Origin: Nitrospirota bacterium
GTDB lineage: Bacteria > Nitrospirota > JACRHJ01
Assembly (NCBI GenBank): GCA_021789495.1
Contig: JAJYJM010000001.1
Span: 89,004 to 153,003 of the forward strand
Direction: 5' to 3'
Length of the DNA: 64,000 nt
Shown here: positions 1 to 9,630 of the stretch, one piece after another
Numbering within the stretch: the stretch's first letter is position 1
Layout of the letters: each line of letters opens with the position of its first letter
Notes under the pieces: generated by a model
The model's input: the letters and a program-made list of their open reading frames with translations, nothing else
Told to the model about the DNA's origin: nothing
The model's database searches: none
Made by a program: the position numbers and the translations under genes

Positions 1-108
1 ATCGCCTGGGCTATCATCCTGTGCAGTGTGCCGTGGCTGCATCCCGGACAAAACCGAAACGGCACAGGCTTCAAGGACTTAGGCCTTCCGGAAATCTGCT
101 TCAAATAG
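1..108 (+). CDS. 3' end of an unidentified upstream ORF (36 codons in frame 1, hydrophobic tail, TAG at 106-108)
   Basis: Open frame from the window edge (IAWAIILCSVPWLHPGQNRNGTGFKDLGLPEICFK*). No recognisable family, so it could be non-coding. Confidence 0.2.
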   Translation: MAWAIILCSVPWLHPGQNRNGTGFKDLGLPEICFK

Positions 109-189
109 TAACCTCAAGAAGATGGCTGGTGGGGATGCATCGGCAAAGCCCGTAAGCCCTGTAATCGCGATCGGCCTGCTATAATTTTC

Positions 190-218
190 TTGACAAACCG
201 TCGGACGCTCTGTTAATT
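190..218 (+). promoter_or_regulatory. sigma70-like promoter for tRNA-Phe (TTGACA -17 nt- TTAATT)
   Basis: TTGACA at 190-195, a 17-nt spacer, TTAATT at 213-218, then about 12 nt to the mature tRNA 5' end at 231. Confidence 0.45.
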
Positions 219-230
219 TATTGGCTTCGT

Positions 231-306
231 GCCGAGGTAGCTCAGTTGGTAGAGCAGAGGCCTGAAAAGCCTCGTGTCCGCAGTTCGATTCTGCGCCTCG
301 GCACCA
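231..306 (+). tRNA. tRNA-Phe (anticodon GAA), CCA encoded
   Basis: Cloverleaf read by hand: acceptor GCCGAGG/CCTCGGC, D-arm AGCTCAGTTGGTAGAGC, anticodon loop CTGAAAA (GAA), T-arm GTTCGATTC, discriminator A, CCA at 304-306. Close to E. coli tRNA-Phe. Confidence 0.9.
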
Positions 307-314
307 TCTTCCGC

Positions 315-1706
315 CTATTTTTTTACCTCCGTATAAACCCCTTCGGAGGCCTCCTTCTCCGCTTTCATCTTCTCCCAGACTACATCCGCAATCCCGCAAT
401 ATTCCTCGGAATACCTGTCCAGGTCCTTCGCCAGGTCGGTCAGTATCTTCTCCGCGCCCTCGTGTGTGGCCCTGGCGCCTGAGGCCAGAACGGCCTCCCG
501 GATAAATTCCGGTTTGTCTATCATCATGCAGGGCGTCAGCATGTTCTTGTTCGTCTTCTGCCGCTCGCGTATCGTCTTGAAGAAAGGCGACATCAAAGCG
601 TCTTTTATCTTCGTCTTCCTGATGTTGTCCACGGCGAAGTGGCAGAACACGCACGGCTCTATATCTCCGTGGGCGTTTATGTGCAGATATTTCCTGCCTC
701 CCGCGAGGCATCCGCCCACGACATGGCCGTCGTTCCAGAAGTCGGCAAGCAGTATCGGCTTCGTCTTGCGTATTCGCCAGACAGTCTCCCTGAGCGCGCT
801 CCTCTGGCTCGGCGTGGGCATGAGTTCGATATTCGGCTCCCTGCCTATGGGTATATACGAGAAAAACCACCCTACCGTGCAGCCCTTCTCAATCATCAGG
901 TCGTAATACCCGTCGGAAGTAATGGTCTCGAAGTTCTTCCTTGTGGCGGTGCAGGAGAAGCCGAAAAGCACCCCCGCGTCCTTCAGGAGGTCCATGGCTT
1001 GCATGACCTTCCGGAAGTGGCCTTTGCCGCGCCTCAAGTCTGTCTCCTCCTCGAACCCCTCCACGCTTATGCAGGGCAGGACGTTGCCGAGTTCCGCAAC
1101 CTCTTTTACCTTCTTCTCGTCGAGAAGCCCGCCATGCGTAAATACCAGGAACGCGACATCGTCGTGCTTCTCGAATATCTTAAGCAGATCCTGCCGGAAG
1201 AAGGGTTCCCCGCCGGAGACGACGCAGAAGAACACCCCCATCTCCTTCATCTGGTTTATTACGCCGTCAACCTCGTCGAAAGAGAGCTCGTCCGTCCTCT
1301 TGTAGCTCCCGGCATAGCACCCGAAGCAGTTGAGATTGCAGCGCATAGATGGCGAAATGACGTAAAGACCGGGCGGGTAGAAACCTCCGCCTTCGTCCTG
1401 GAACGCCTTCCGCCTGTTCGTGCCGACGAGCATCTGGCCTACTATGAACGTCTTTACCAGCCTCTTGCGGACGTTCGGGTGGGTTTCCCTCAGTATCTTC
1501 TTTGCGACCTGGAGGCTGGGGTGGCCGTCCATGAACATCCGGCGGATGGAGCGGATTGCCTTGACGTAATGGTCCTTTTTGGCGAACTTCTCGGCAAGGT
1601 ATGTAAACCTGATAAGGTTTTCATCAGAACTGTTCCCGATAATCCCAAGAAGCGCGTCCGCCGCCTGGGTAATAGTATAATTTTTAAGCTGCTCAAAATA
1701 ACTCAT
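315..1706 (-). CDS. radical SAM protein with C-terminal Cys-rich (SPASM-like) region
   Basis: CNLNCFGC (CxxxCxxC) radical SAM motif and GGEPF motif. C-terminal Cys cluster (GGCLAGG...CVFCHF...). 463 aa. Confidence 0.8.
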   Translation of the reverse strand: MSYFEQLKNYTITQAADALLGIIGNSSDENLIRFTYLAEKFAKKDHYVKAIRSIRRMFMDGHPSLQVAKKILRETHPNVRKRLVKTFIVGQMLVGTNRRKAFQDEGGGFYPPGLYVISPSMRCNLNCFGCYAGSYKRTDELSFDEVDGVINQMKEMGVFFCVVSGGEPFFRQDLLKIFEKHDDVAFLVFTHGGLLDEKKVKEVAELGNVLPCISVEGFEEETDLRRGKGHFRKVMQAMDLLKDAGVLFGFSCTATRKNFETITSDGYYDLMIEKGCTVGWFFSYIPIGREPNIELMPTPSQRSALRETVWRIRKTKPILLADFWNDGHVVGGCLAGGRKYLHINAHGDIEPCVFCHFAVDNIRKTKIKDALMSPFFKTIRERQKTNKNMLTPCMMIDKPEFIREAVLASGARATHEGAEKILTDLAKDLDRYSEEYCGIADVVWEKMKAEKEASEGVYTEVKK

Positions 1707-1777
1707 TAATTAAATTACCCTCCGATCCTTAATCTGGTAGCGTAATTTTTACAGAATGGAGGGCGTCAAGTCAAGGA

Positions 1778-2689
1778 TTAATCCCAAAAATAATAAAAAT
1801 TAAACCATTGCTCAGGATGACGGCGGACATATTTCTCAAATATTATGGCTATTTTGCTTATATTTGCTTTTAAGTCCGACTCGACGTCTCCGGTATCCGT
1901 CATTTCTATCGGAGGCTCCGCCACGGGATGGTATCTGCCGTCTTCCCCCATAATCGTAAACGCGGGTATCAGCGGCGCGCCAGTCTTCATTGCAAGGAGC
2001 ACGGGGCCTTTCGGGAGCATGGCCGGTTTTCCGAAGAAATCGGCCATAATCCCGGATTTATTCAATACCCTGTCACCCTGTATCGCCACAAGTTCGTTTC
2101 TTTTAAGCGCATTATATGTGCCCAGAGCGAACCCGGCTGGATTATCAGGAGAGATTATTTTTATCCCTCTTATCTCCTTGTTTTTGTCCAGGAGCCGGTT
2201 CTGCTCCTCTGAGTTATACAGATACTGCACGACGTTCACCTTGAACCCCAGGTATTTCAGCAGTATGCCACCCAGTTCCCAATGACCGATATGCGCGGTG
2301 AGGATTATCGCCCCTTTTCCGGACTCGATGGCCTTTTTTATATTTTCAAGGCCAATAAATTCCGGAACTCTCGATGCAATCTCGGCGTCGCTCATGCGCT
2401 CGAAGCGGAAGAGGTCTAGCAGGAACCTCCCGTGCCTGCGCCAGAGCCTGCGCACTACCTTTCGCTTCTCACGCGGGGAGACATCCGGGCCGAGGACGTG
2501 GTCGAGGTTTCTTACCTGCTCCGGGACTATATTTTCCGATTTATAGTAGAACAGCCAGTCGGCGATCCTGTTTCCTATGAAATTGGCGACAGGGGCGGGA
2601 ATATATTTTGCTCCCCAGGAAATCCACCAGTAGATGGAATGCCTGTCCAGACGGTAGGAATGCGTCCCCTTAACCATCCAAAAGCCCAA
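1778..2689 (-). CDS. lysophospholipid/lipid A-type acyltransferase (LpxL/HtrB family)
   Basis: 303 aa with an AHIGHWE (H-x4-E/D-like) motif and general LpxL-like architecture. Overlaps the downstream rSAM by about 20 nt, so the start may be the internal Met at 2677. Confidence 0.6.
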   Translation of the reverse strand: MGFWMVKGTHSYRLDRHSIYWWISWGAKYIPAPVANFIGNRIADWLFYYKSENIVPEQVRNLDHVLGPDVSPREKRKVVRRLWRRHGRFLLDLFRFERMSDAEIASRVPEFIGLENIKKAIESGKGAIILTAHIGHWELGGILLKYLGFKVNVVQYLYNSEEQNRLLDKNKEIRGIKIISPDNPAGFALGTYNALKRNELVAIQGDRVLNKSGIMADFFGKPAMLPKGPVLLAMKTGAPLIPAFTIMGEDGRYHPVAEPPIEMTDTGDVESDLKANISKIAIIFEKYVRRHPEQWFNFYYFWD

Positions 2690-4226
2690 GCCTGCTCAAG
2701 GCTTCCCTCATAGGCCCCCGGAACGGGCGGGGAGTCTCGGAGAGAAATGCGTCCCTTACGTCCTTTACCAGGACTTTCCCGGAACCCTGAGATGCGGACG
2801 TTTGCGCCTTTTTCCCAACCGCCTTGCGCGCAATAGGCCGCAAAAGCGCCGGAACCTCCGACAGCACTTTCTCGAAGACCTCGCGGGCAAGGGCGTCCCA
2901 GGAGATTTCTCTCAAATTTGATTCCGGGCGCATCCCCTGAAGGATGCCCTTCGCGGGATAGCAGACCCAGTCCGGGTGTCTCTTGAAATAATCTCCGGCA
3001 ATCGAATACAGATTATCCCCCAGTTTGTCGGAGACATAAAACTTCGGCTCCATAAGCGGGTCGCCTGGGTCAATCAGCCTTTCTTTTACGGCGAGACGGG
3101 CAAGAGGCGTGCCGGGGTATATCCGGATTCCGGCGACGGCGAAGACCTTGTCGGGTTGGACGTCTTCCAGGGTGTCGAAGGTCTCCCTTAAGGTGTCAAT
3201 ATCCTCGCCGGGACCGCCGAGGATGAGGAAAACAAGGCACATCAACCCCGCTTCCTTTGCGGCAATTATTGACCTTGCGGCCTCTTTTTTATCGAAATTC
3301 TTGCCGAGTTTTGAAAGCACCCTGTCGGAGAGCGAATCCGCGCCGACCTCCACGCTCTCGCATCCCGCCCGTTTCATCTTCTCAAGAAGTTTTGCGTCGA
3401 GACCGACGGGGCTTGCGAGGCAGCCGAAAGAAGGCTTTATGCCGCGGCTGATTATTTCGTCGCATATTGCAAAGGCGTGTTCCGGCGGGTTGTTGAAGAT
3501 ATTGTCCACAAAATAAAAAGGCGCGGAAAGTCCCCTGTCCATCGCGCCGGCCATCTCCCGCACGACTTCTGCCGGTGGCCTGAGGCGCATTTTTACCCCT
3601 TCCAGGCCGGGATATGTGCAATAGACGCACGAGAACGAACATCCGCGCTTGGACTGTATGCCGAGCATGTCATATTTATTCGCCGGGAAAATATCCCACG
3701 CGGGCATGAAGAACGAACCGGAGCCGAGCTGACTTGGCGGGTTCCGGATATAAGAGCCGTCCTCGAACCTGCAAAGGCCCGGAACGGAAGCATGTGGGAT
3801 TTTGCCCTGAAGAGCGTCCGCAAGCATCGGCACGGACATTTCGCCCTCGCCGGCTATCCCGTAGTCCGCCCCCAGGAATTCGAGCGCGGCCTTCGGCATA
3901 ATGGAATAGCCCGGCCCGCCGACGACAACCGGGGCATTCGTTTCCCGTTTTATCAGGGCTATGGTTTCTTTGTAATCCGGCAGGAGGAAGCGGCTGGAAG
4001 ACTCTATGTTGCGTATCGAGACGGCTATGAGTTCAGGTTTGGCGGAAGCAATGGTATGCTTTAGCAGGGACTCCGGATTGTCCGCGAAGAGTAGGTCGAG
4101 CGCGCGCACGTCGTGCCCAGCCCGGCGAAGCGCAGAGGCTACAAGCGCAAGGCCGAGCGGGGCCGCCGTGAACGGTTCCGTTTCCCTGTTTACGGAAACA
4201 AGCAGGATGCGCAAATGAAACTCCAA
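2670..4226 (-). CDS. B12-binding domain radical SAM protein
   Basis: N-terminal B12-binding-like region (RILLVSVN...GLALVASALRRAGHDV), then RGCSFSCVYC (CxxxCxxC). 518 aa. Confidence 0.8.
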   Translation of the reverse strand: MEFHLRILLVSVNRETEPFTAAPLGLALVASALRRAGHDVRALDLLFADNPESLLKHTIASAKPELIAVSIRNIESSSRFLLPDYKETIALIKRETNAPVVVGGPGYSIMPKAALEFLGADYGIAGEGEMSVPMLADALQGKIPHASVPGLCRFEDGSYIRNPPSQLGSGSFFMPAWDIFPANKYDMLGIQSKRGCSFSCVYCTYPGLEGVKMRLRPPAEVVREMAGAMDRGLSAPFYFVDNIFNNPPEHAFAICDEIISRGIKPSFGCLASPVGLDAKLLEKMKRAGCESVEVGADSLSDRVLSKLGKNFDKKEAARSIIAAKEAGLMCLVFLILGGPGEDIDTLRETFDTLEDVQPDKVFAVAGIRIYPGTPLARLAVKERLIDPGDPLMEPKFYVSDKLGDNLYSIAGDYFKRHPDWVCYPAKGILQGMRPESNLREISWDALAREVFEKVLSEVPALLRPIARKAVGKKAQTSASQGSGKVLVKDVRDAFLSETPRPFRGPMREALSRLGLLDG

Positions 4227-4283
4227 ATCCCCCTCAATCCCCTTTGAAAAAGGGGGAAGCCGAAGGCAGGGGATTTTTCCCCG

Positions 4284-4859
4284 TTACTTCCTCAGTTTCT
4301 CCACGAAATCCGTCAGTTTGTCGCCCAGGTCCTGCGCCTCGTGGAGCACCATCTCCCATTTGTCGTTCGTGTTGCGCAGGCCGGATGAGTTCGAGTGCCT
4401 GAACTTTGCCAGTACCTCCCCGGTCTTAGCGTCCTTGATGTCGCCTTTTACGGAAACGTTGACGCCTCCCGCTCCCCAGCCTACAAACAACCTTGTGACT
4501 GCGCTTCCGAGGTCTATCTTCGTTATCTCGCCCTCGATTATCATATCGGCCTTGTCGGCGTTCTTCCCGTCCTTGTCAATCAGGAATGCGTTTATGCCAT
4601 CGCCCTTGAGGTCGCTGACGACCGTCTTGGAAAGCCGCTTCTGCACCCTTTCCAGGAATCCGCCCTTCATCCTCCTCATCTCATCCCTGTTCACGTTATC
4701 GTAGTTTATGTTATCCGTGGAAAAGAGTTTGACGCCGATGGATTTATAGTCTTTCAGACTTTTATCCGTAAGCACTTTCGTATGATCGAGACTTCCCGCA
4801 AAAGACAATGACGGCACGGCAATAACAGCCGTTAAAACGAGAAATAAAAATTTCTTCAT
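4284..4859 (-). CDS. secreted/lipoprotein of unknown function
   Basis: Signal peptide MKKFLFLVLTAVIAVPSLSFAGS. Charged, Lys/Asp-rich mature part with no catalytic motif. Confidence 0.5.
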   Translation of the reverse strand: MKKFLFLVLTAVIAVPSLSFAGSLDHTKVLTDKSLKDYKSIGVKLFSTDNINYDNVNRDEMRRMKGGFLERVQKRLSKTVVSDLKGDGINAFLIDKDGKNADKADMIIEGEITKIDLGSAVTRLFVGWGAGGVNVSVKGDIKDAKTGEVLAKFRHSNSSGLRNTNDKWEMVLHEAQDLGDKLTDFVEKLRK

Positions 4860-4940
4860 GTTCCAACCTCCTATCGTGATTAGATCTGAAAAATCCCACA
4901 GACTATCCCGATAAACCGGAAAATGCGCCTCCTTTCTTTT

Positions 4941-6296
4941 TTATTTACTTTTTAATATCTGTCTGGCCGCCGCCCTTCCGGAGAGTATCGACGATGCGGT
5001 GCACCCGCCGACCGGCAGAACCGTAGATCCTACGCAGAACAGTCCGCGCACCGGAGTCGCCGTAGACATCTTTTCGTAATGCACGCTTTCGGCAACCGGA
5101 GAGACCGAGCTTGTAAAACCGAAATTGGTCGCGTAATCGGCAGGGGTGTAAAGTCTGCTGTCCACGGTGTTTTCACTGAAACCCGGTATCAGTGAATCCG
5201 CCCTGCCCATTATCCTTCCGGCTTCCGCCTCAATCGCCTCTCTCGGAACGGCGCCTCTCGGGACAAGGAATTTTATCGTCCCCGCCAGATGTTCCTCCGC
5301 AGCGCCGTATGCGGCATGCGGGACGGAAATGACGAACATGTTGTCTTCCGGGAAAGAACCTTCCTTCAGCGTCCTGAACATCCCGCTGACGCCGGCCGGG
5401 AACATGGCATAGACATGCGCGCCGGGGATTATTTTAGCACCTTTCTTAAACACTGTAAATACGCTCGCCATGCTGAATCCTTCCTTGTAGTAGCCGAGCG
5501 TGTTAAGAAATTCCGACGGGAAATCTTTTCTGTCTGCAAGAGAATGCACCGTGTGAAGGATTCCAGTCCCGCTTATTACATTTACCGACTCCATCTCCCT
5601 GCCGTCGAGCAGTATTCCACGCGCACTGCCGTCCCGGATGATTATTCTGTCGGGCTGCGCATTATACACTATCCCCCCGCCGTTTTCGCGTATGACTGAG
5701 GCCAAGAGTTCCGGCAGTCTCCCGGAACCCGCCCTCGGTATAAACGGCTTGTCGTATCCGTACGTCCTGCCGAAGACAAGATTGAACCAGTGCGAAGGCA
5801 TGTTCTCAGGATTGTTGCCGGAAAAAAACGCCCCGACGTTGAATATCTCCCTCAGGCTCCCGTTTTCCGTAATCCTGTTTACGAGTTCGCTGTACCCGGA
5901 TATTTTCCTGTAGCGGTTGAACATTATCTGTCCACCCGTCCGAAGCCCCAGTTTTCCCATATCTCCGGCGTTCATGCCCATGCCCCGGAAATCCCGGAAT
6001 GTATGAAGGCCGGGCGGGATTGTCATGGATGAATTTCCGTGCCTTGCGATAACCTTGAACCATACGGGGTCAAGCTCTTTTTTCTTGCCGAGTTCTGAAA
6101 ATATCCCCAGTATCTTTTTCCCGAAATAGTCCGCGCCGATGTCGAAGCGATGGCCCATAAGCTCCACGCTCCGGCAGCGCCCGCCCGGCTCGGACATCTT
6201 CTCAAGCACAAGCACTTTCCTGCCGGCCCGCGCGAGATACGCCCCGGCGGACAGCCCGCCCAGCCCCGCGCCGATTATTATCGCGTCATATTTCAT
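4941..6296 (-). CDS. FAD/NAD(P)-binding oxidoreductase, phytoene desaturase (CrtI/CrtD)-like
   Basis: N-terminal dinucleotide fold MKYDAIIIGAGLGGLSAGAYLARAGRKVLVLEK. About 450 aa, typical of the CrtI family. Confidence 0.7.
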   Translation of the reverse strand: MKYDAIIIGAGLGGLSAGAYLARAGRKVLVLEKMSEPGGRCRSVELMGHRFDIGADYFGKKILGIFSELGKKKELDPVWFKVIARHGNSSMTIPPGLHTFRDFRGMGMNAGDMGKLGLRTGGQIMFNRYRKISGYSELVNRITENGSLREIFNVGAFFSGNNPENMPSHWFNLVFGRTYGYDKPFIPRAGSGRLPELLASVIRENGGGIVYNAQPDRIIIRDGSARGILLDGREMESVNVISGTGILHTVHSLADRKDFPSEFLNTLGYYKEGFSMASVFTVFKKGAKIIPGAHVYAMFPAGVSGMFRTLKEGSFPEDNMFVISVPHAAYGAAEEHLAGTIKFLVPRGAVPREAIEAEAGRIMGRADSLIPGFSENTVDSRLYTPADYATNFGFTSSVSPVAESVHYEKMSTATPVRGLFCVGSTVLPVGGCTASSILSGRAAARQILKSK

Positions 6297-7491
6297 TTTT
6301 TATTCTCTCGACCGCCTGTTTAGCCGTATATACGCACGACTCTATGCATGGCAGGCGGTAGAAATCTCCAACGATGTAAGCTCCGGGGACTTCCGTCTCG
6401 ACGCCCCTTGTCCTGCTTGCCGGAGGGATGAGCGTTATCGCGGGCGACCAGCCGACCTTCGGAAGCTCCTTGTATTTCCCGAACACCGCTTCAATATCAG
6501 CGTCGGGCCTGTAGAGAAACATCCCGGCGATGGTCCTGCCGTCCGGGAGATGCTTCATCTCTCCGCCGTGCACGCCGTGCGGGTTGTTGAATTTCGAGAA
6601 GAGAAGGACGTCGTACTTCCGATATTGCGGACAGCGCGCCTCGAATATGACGCCGCGCGTCTTGGTGCACTTCATATTGAAATTTATCTCCGGCATTATT
6701 CTGCCGAGGCTCTCCTGCCCGGTGGCGAATACGATATTATCTGCGGTTTCCTTAAACGGCTTTTCGTCAGGCCCTATAATATTTACATCAAATGCTCCCG
6801 ATGAGTTCTTCCCGGCGCTCTCGATCCTGAATCCCGCCCTTACAACGCCCGGCATTCGCCGGACGAGTTCCGACGCCACGTCCGCCATGCCCTTGTGCGG
6901 CACGCGTATCGGCGTATCGCCGTAAGCGAGCAGAAAGAGGCCGTGGTCGGCGGCGATGTGCGGCGGGTCTATGTATCCGAAGCTTGAGAACGGCTGGACG
7001 ATATAATCGAGCATTTTCCTGGAATATCCCATGTCCCTGACACAGAACTCTTCGAGGGAGACGGAATGCAGTTCCTGGAGCTTCGGGTCCCAACTCTCAA
7101 GGCGGAAATCGAGACCCTTTATAAATTTTACGAGCCTCCTCCACTTCATATATTCCGAAATGGAAAAAAGCCCGCTTCTGAACATCGACCATGAATCGAG
7201 ACCGGTAATTTTATCGCCGACCTGGAGCGCGAATTTCTTCAGCCTTATAAGCTCATGCGGCACTCCAAGCTCGGCAATCAGTTCCGTAAAACCGCGGTTC
7301 AGTTCCGGCGCGAACATCATCGCGCCCTTGTTTATGTATACACCTTCATACTCAAGCGTCGCAAAACGACCGCCGGCTTCCGGCCTCTTTTCGTATACGA
7401 CAGGCAGGAAACCTTCATTCCGGAGGTAGTAAGCGGTGGACAGGCCGGCGATTCCCGCGCCGAATATCAAAATCCTTTTATTCAATTGCAT
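6286..7491 (-). CDS. FAD-dependent oxidoreductase (amine oxidase/protoporphyrinogen oxidase-like)
   Basis: RILIFGAGIAGLSTAYYLRNEGF...EKRPEAGGR Rossmann motif. Overlaps the neighbouring genes by 10-11 nt. Confidence 0.7.
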   Translation of the reverse strand: MQLNKRILIFGAGIAGLSTAYYLRNEGFLPVVYEKRPEAGGRFATLEYEGVYINKGAMMFAPELNRGFTELIAELGVPHELIRLKKFALQVGDKITGLDSWSMFRSGLFSISEYMKWRRLVKFIKGLDFRLESWDPKLQELHSVSLEEFCVRDMGYSRKMLDYIVQPFSSFGYIDPPHIAADHGLFLLAYGDTPIRVPHKGMADVASELVRRMPGVVRAGFRIESAGKNSSGAFDVNIIGPDEKPFKETADNIVFATGQESLGRIMPEINFNMKCTKTRGVIFEARCPQYRKYDVLLFSKFNNPHGVHGGEMKHLPDGRTIAGMFLYRPDADIEAVFGKYKELPKVGWSPAITLIPPASRTRGVETEVPGAYIVGDFYRLPCIESCVYTAKQAVERIKNEI

Positions 7492-8393
7492 AAGAGCGTC
7501 TCGAGGTTGCCTGAAAATATATTCATTTTCGACGTATCGCTTATTAAAAGTTCCTTAACCGCGTCTATCGATGCCCGTATATCCCTGTTCGCCGGAAAAT
7601 CGCTGCCCCACAGCACTCTATCCTCCCCGAAAACATTAATCGCAAGGTCGAGCATTCTCGCGTCCGCCGCGCCGGAAGTGTCGATATAAATCTTTTTCAG
7701 AACCTCTTCCGGCCCTTCGCCCATGCCTTTTACAATCCCGCGGCCCAGGAGCATTTTATATGTCCTTCCGTATCTCCCGGCGAGAAACGGCATGACGCCG
7801 GCAAAGCTTGCGAATACAAGCTTCAGCCGGGGCAATTTCTCAAGCAGCCCGCAGTCTATGATTTTTGCAAGGCATAGCGTGGTATCGAACGCATATTGGA
7901 ATACCGGCGTGATGAGCGGATGGCGAAGCTTCTCAAAACCGAAAGGCGAAAGCGTCGTCGGGTGGAAAAATACGGGTTTGCACCAGGCCTCGGCTTTCTC
8001 GAAAAACGGCAGGAACCTCCCCTCATCCGGATAGACTCCGCCGCCGTTTGTCGGCATTGTAAAACCGGACGCGCCTTCGGACAGCGCCTCTTCGCCAAGT
8101 GAAATCATCCCGCCGGCGTCCGCCAACGGAACCGCCGCAAGCCAGGATAGGCGCCCGCCTGAATTCGCGGCAATATCCTTCACGCCTCGGTTATACGCCG
8201 CCGCCGCGGCAATCTCCGTCATTGCGGCCCGGACATGGAAATCCGTCGTTGGATATGAAATCAGCGCGCGTGAGACGCCGGCCTCGTCCATAGCCCTGAG
8301 ATGACCGTCCATGCCGCCCCAGGATTCGTTATAGAAAGAGGCGTTTCTGATTACTTCGTCCGGCAGTAAGTGAAAGTGAGCGTCTAATATCAT
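7482..8393 (-). CDS. amidohydrolase family 2 (PF04909-like; decarboxylase/hydrolase TIM barrel)
   Basis: MILDAHFHL canonical start and VLWGSDFP C-terminal motif. Start moved to the internal Met at 8393, which forms a TGATG stop/start overlap with the upstream gene. The ORF track gives 8441. Confidence 0.7.
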   Translation of the reverse strand: MILDAHFHLLPDEVIRNASFYNESWGGMDGHLRAMDEAGVSRALISYPTTDFHVRAAMTEIAAAAAYNRGVKDIAANSGGRLSWLAAVPLADAGGMISLGEEALSEGASGFTMPTNGGGVYPDEGRFLPFFEKAEAWCKPVFFHPTTLSPFGFEKLRHPLITPVFQYAFDTTLCLAKIIDCGLLEKLPRLKLVFASFAGVMPFLAGRYGRTYKMLLGRGIVKGMGEGPEEVLKKIYIDTSGAADARMLDLAINVFGEDRVLWGSDFPANRDIRASIDAVKELLISDTSKMNIFSGNLETLLCN

Positions 8394-9118
8394 CAGTATC
8401 GCAGCACTTCTTTTATAGTCTGATACAACTCCGAGTTCCATACGTCGTAAACCTGCTCTCCGACCGCGCGCGCCATGGCAAGGGCAGGTTTATTCTCTTC
8501 GTAAGACGGCATCGGCTTGTCCAGGAGCGATTTGAAACCCGGATGCTCCATAGCGAACCGCTTGCCAACCATGCAGAGATTTTTCATCTCCGCCTCCATT
8601 AATGCTATTCCCGCGCAGGCGACCGACGTCGCGGTCATGGCCTTGAGGTAATGGAAGAGGTAATAAAGCGCGCCTTCCATGCCGATGGCCGCGCCGACGG
8701 CGATGTTTCCCACGGGCGCGCCCTTGAACGGATTTTTCGGATAAGCCGTTATCGTCGTGCCCCACACTTCGGAGCGTTCCTGCTCGTGGAGCGGACGCGT
8801 CCTGTGCAAGAGATTAATTACAATCGCCGGCTGCTGATACGCATAGACGGGCGATGAAAATATAAACGCGTCGGATTCTGACATCTTGTCGAAGATGAAT
8901 TTCCCGTCGTCGTCCTTGTCTTCAAGGAGCGGACAGCTAAGGCCGCAGAGGCATCGGTTGCACGCGAGACACGGCTTCACGTTGTAGTTTATCAGCCTGA
9001 TGACTTCTGACTCGGCCCCCTTTTCCTCGGCGGCCTCAAGCGCCTTGCGCAGGAAGTAATCGCTTGCGGATTTCCGTTTTCCCCTTTTATGCGTGCCGCA
9101 TATGCCGAGAATTTTCAT
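8393..9118 (-). CDS. flavodoxin-like NAD(P)H-dependent FMN reductase / iron-sulfur flavoprotein-like
   Basis: MKILGICGTHKRGK start, CLACNRCLCGLSC Cys cluster, flavodoxin fold signature. A paralog is truncated at the window end (63523-64000). Confidence 0.6.
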   Translation of the reverse strand: MKILGICGTHKRGKRKSASDYFLRKALEAAEEKGAESEVIRLINYNVKPCLACNRCLCGLSCPLLEDKDDDGKFIFDKMSESDAFIFSSPVYAYQQPAIVINLLHRTRPLHEQERSEVWGTTITAYPKNPFKGAPVGNIAVGAAIGMEGALYYLFHYLKAMTATSVACAGIALMEAEMKNLCMVGKRFAMEHPGFKSLLDKPMPSYEENKPALAMARAVGEQVYDVWNSELYQTIKEVLRY

Positions 9119-9132
9119 ACATGCCTTTCGCC

Positions 9133-9191
9133 GTCATTCCCGCCCCGGCTTTATACATACCGGGGCAGGCTCCGGTGTGAATCCAGGTTTT
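9133..9191. repeat. REP/MITE-like intergenic repeat (GTCATTCCCG...hairpin...GAATCCAGGTTTT)
   Basis: Near-identical inverted copy at 40929-40982. Related copies at 19664-19701, 19755-19783 and 34031-34061. Contains a CCCCGG/CCGGGG stem. Confidence 0.7.
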
Positions 9192-9627
9192 ATTGTGGTT
9201 TGCCGTTTTCTATTATTTCTTTTATCCTCTGCATGTTCTTTTTCGAGTGCTCGTTTATCCGGCCTTCCGCTGTCTTGTCGTCCACCGGCGCTTTCTCGTC
9301 CATCGAGAAATTCTGCTCCCAGGTCATCTCCACGCCGCCGTCCTTCTCGACGTATGTCCAGAGAAGCTCCATGTATTTGAACGGGAACATCGGCTCCTCG
9401 CGCTTCGCCGTGCATCTGTGCCCAGCCTTGTCGAGGACGCGGCTCGAACGCCAGGACTTACCTTCTTTATTGGTGAGCTGAAAAGTTATCCTGTTCCCTT
9501 CGCGCGAAAGAATCTTTGCGTCTGTATATTCGTCGAAAAGCTCCGGCCAGCGTTCGATGTCGTTTGTAATATCGAACACCTTTTCGTACGGCGCATTGAT
9601 GAATATGGAATTTTTCGTATGTGCCAT
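9190..9627 (-). CDS. SRPBCC family protein (polyketide cyclase/aromatase-like START fold)
   Basis: 145 aa. The N-terminus FINAPYEKVFDITNDIERWPELF is typical of Polyketide_cyc2/SRPBCC. Confidence 0.65.
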   Translation of the reverse strand: MAHTKNSIFINAPYEKVFDITNDIERWPELFDEYTDAKILSREGNRITFQLTNKEGKSWRSSRVLDKAGHRCTAKREEPMFPFKYMELLWTYVEKDGGVEMTWEQNFSMDEKAPVDDKTAEGRINEHSKKNMQRIKEIIENGKPQ

Positions 9628-9630
9628 TTT

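Noticed and set aside
79-870. 263-aa minus-strand ORF spanning the tRNA-Phe gene
   Set aside because: It overlaps the tRNA and the real radical SAM gene in another frame. Its composition is Arg/Gly-rich and low-complexity, so I treat it as spurious.
639-1709. 356-aa plus-strand ORF antisense to the radical SAM gene
   Set aside because: Fully antisense to a well-supported gene with conserved motifs. Typical high-GC shadow ORF.
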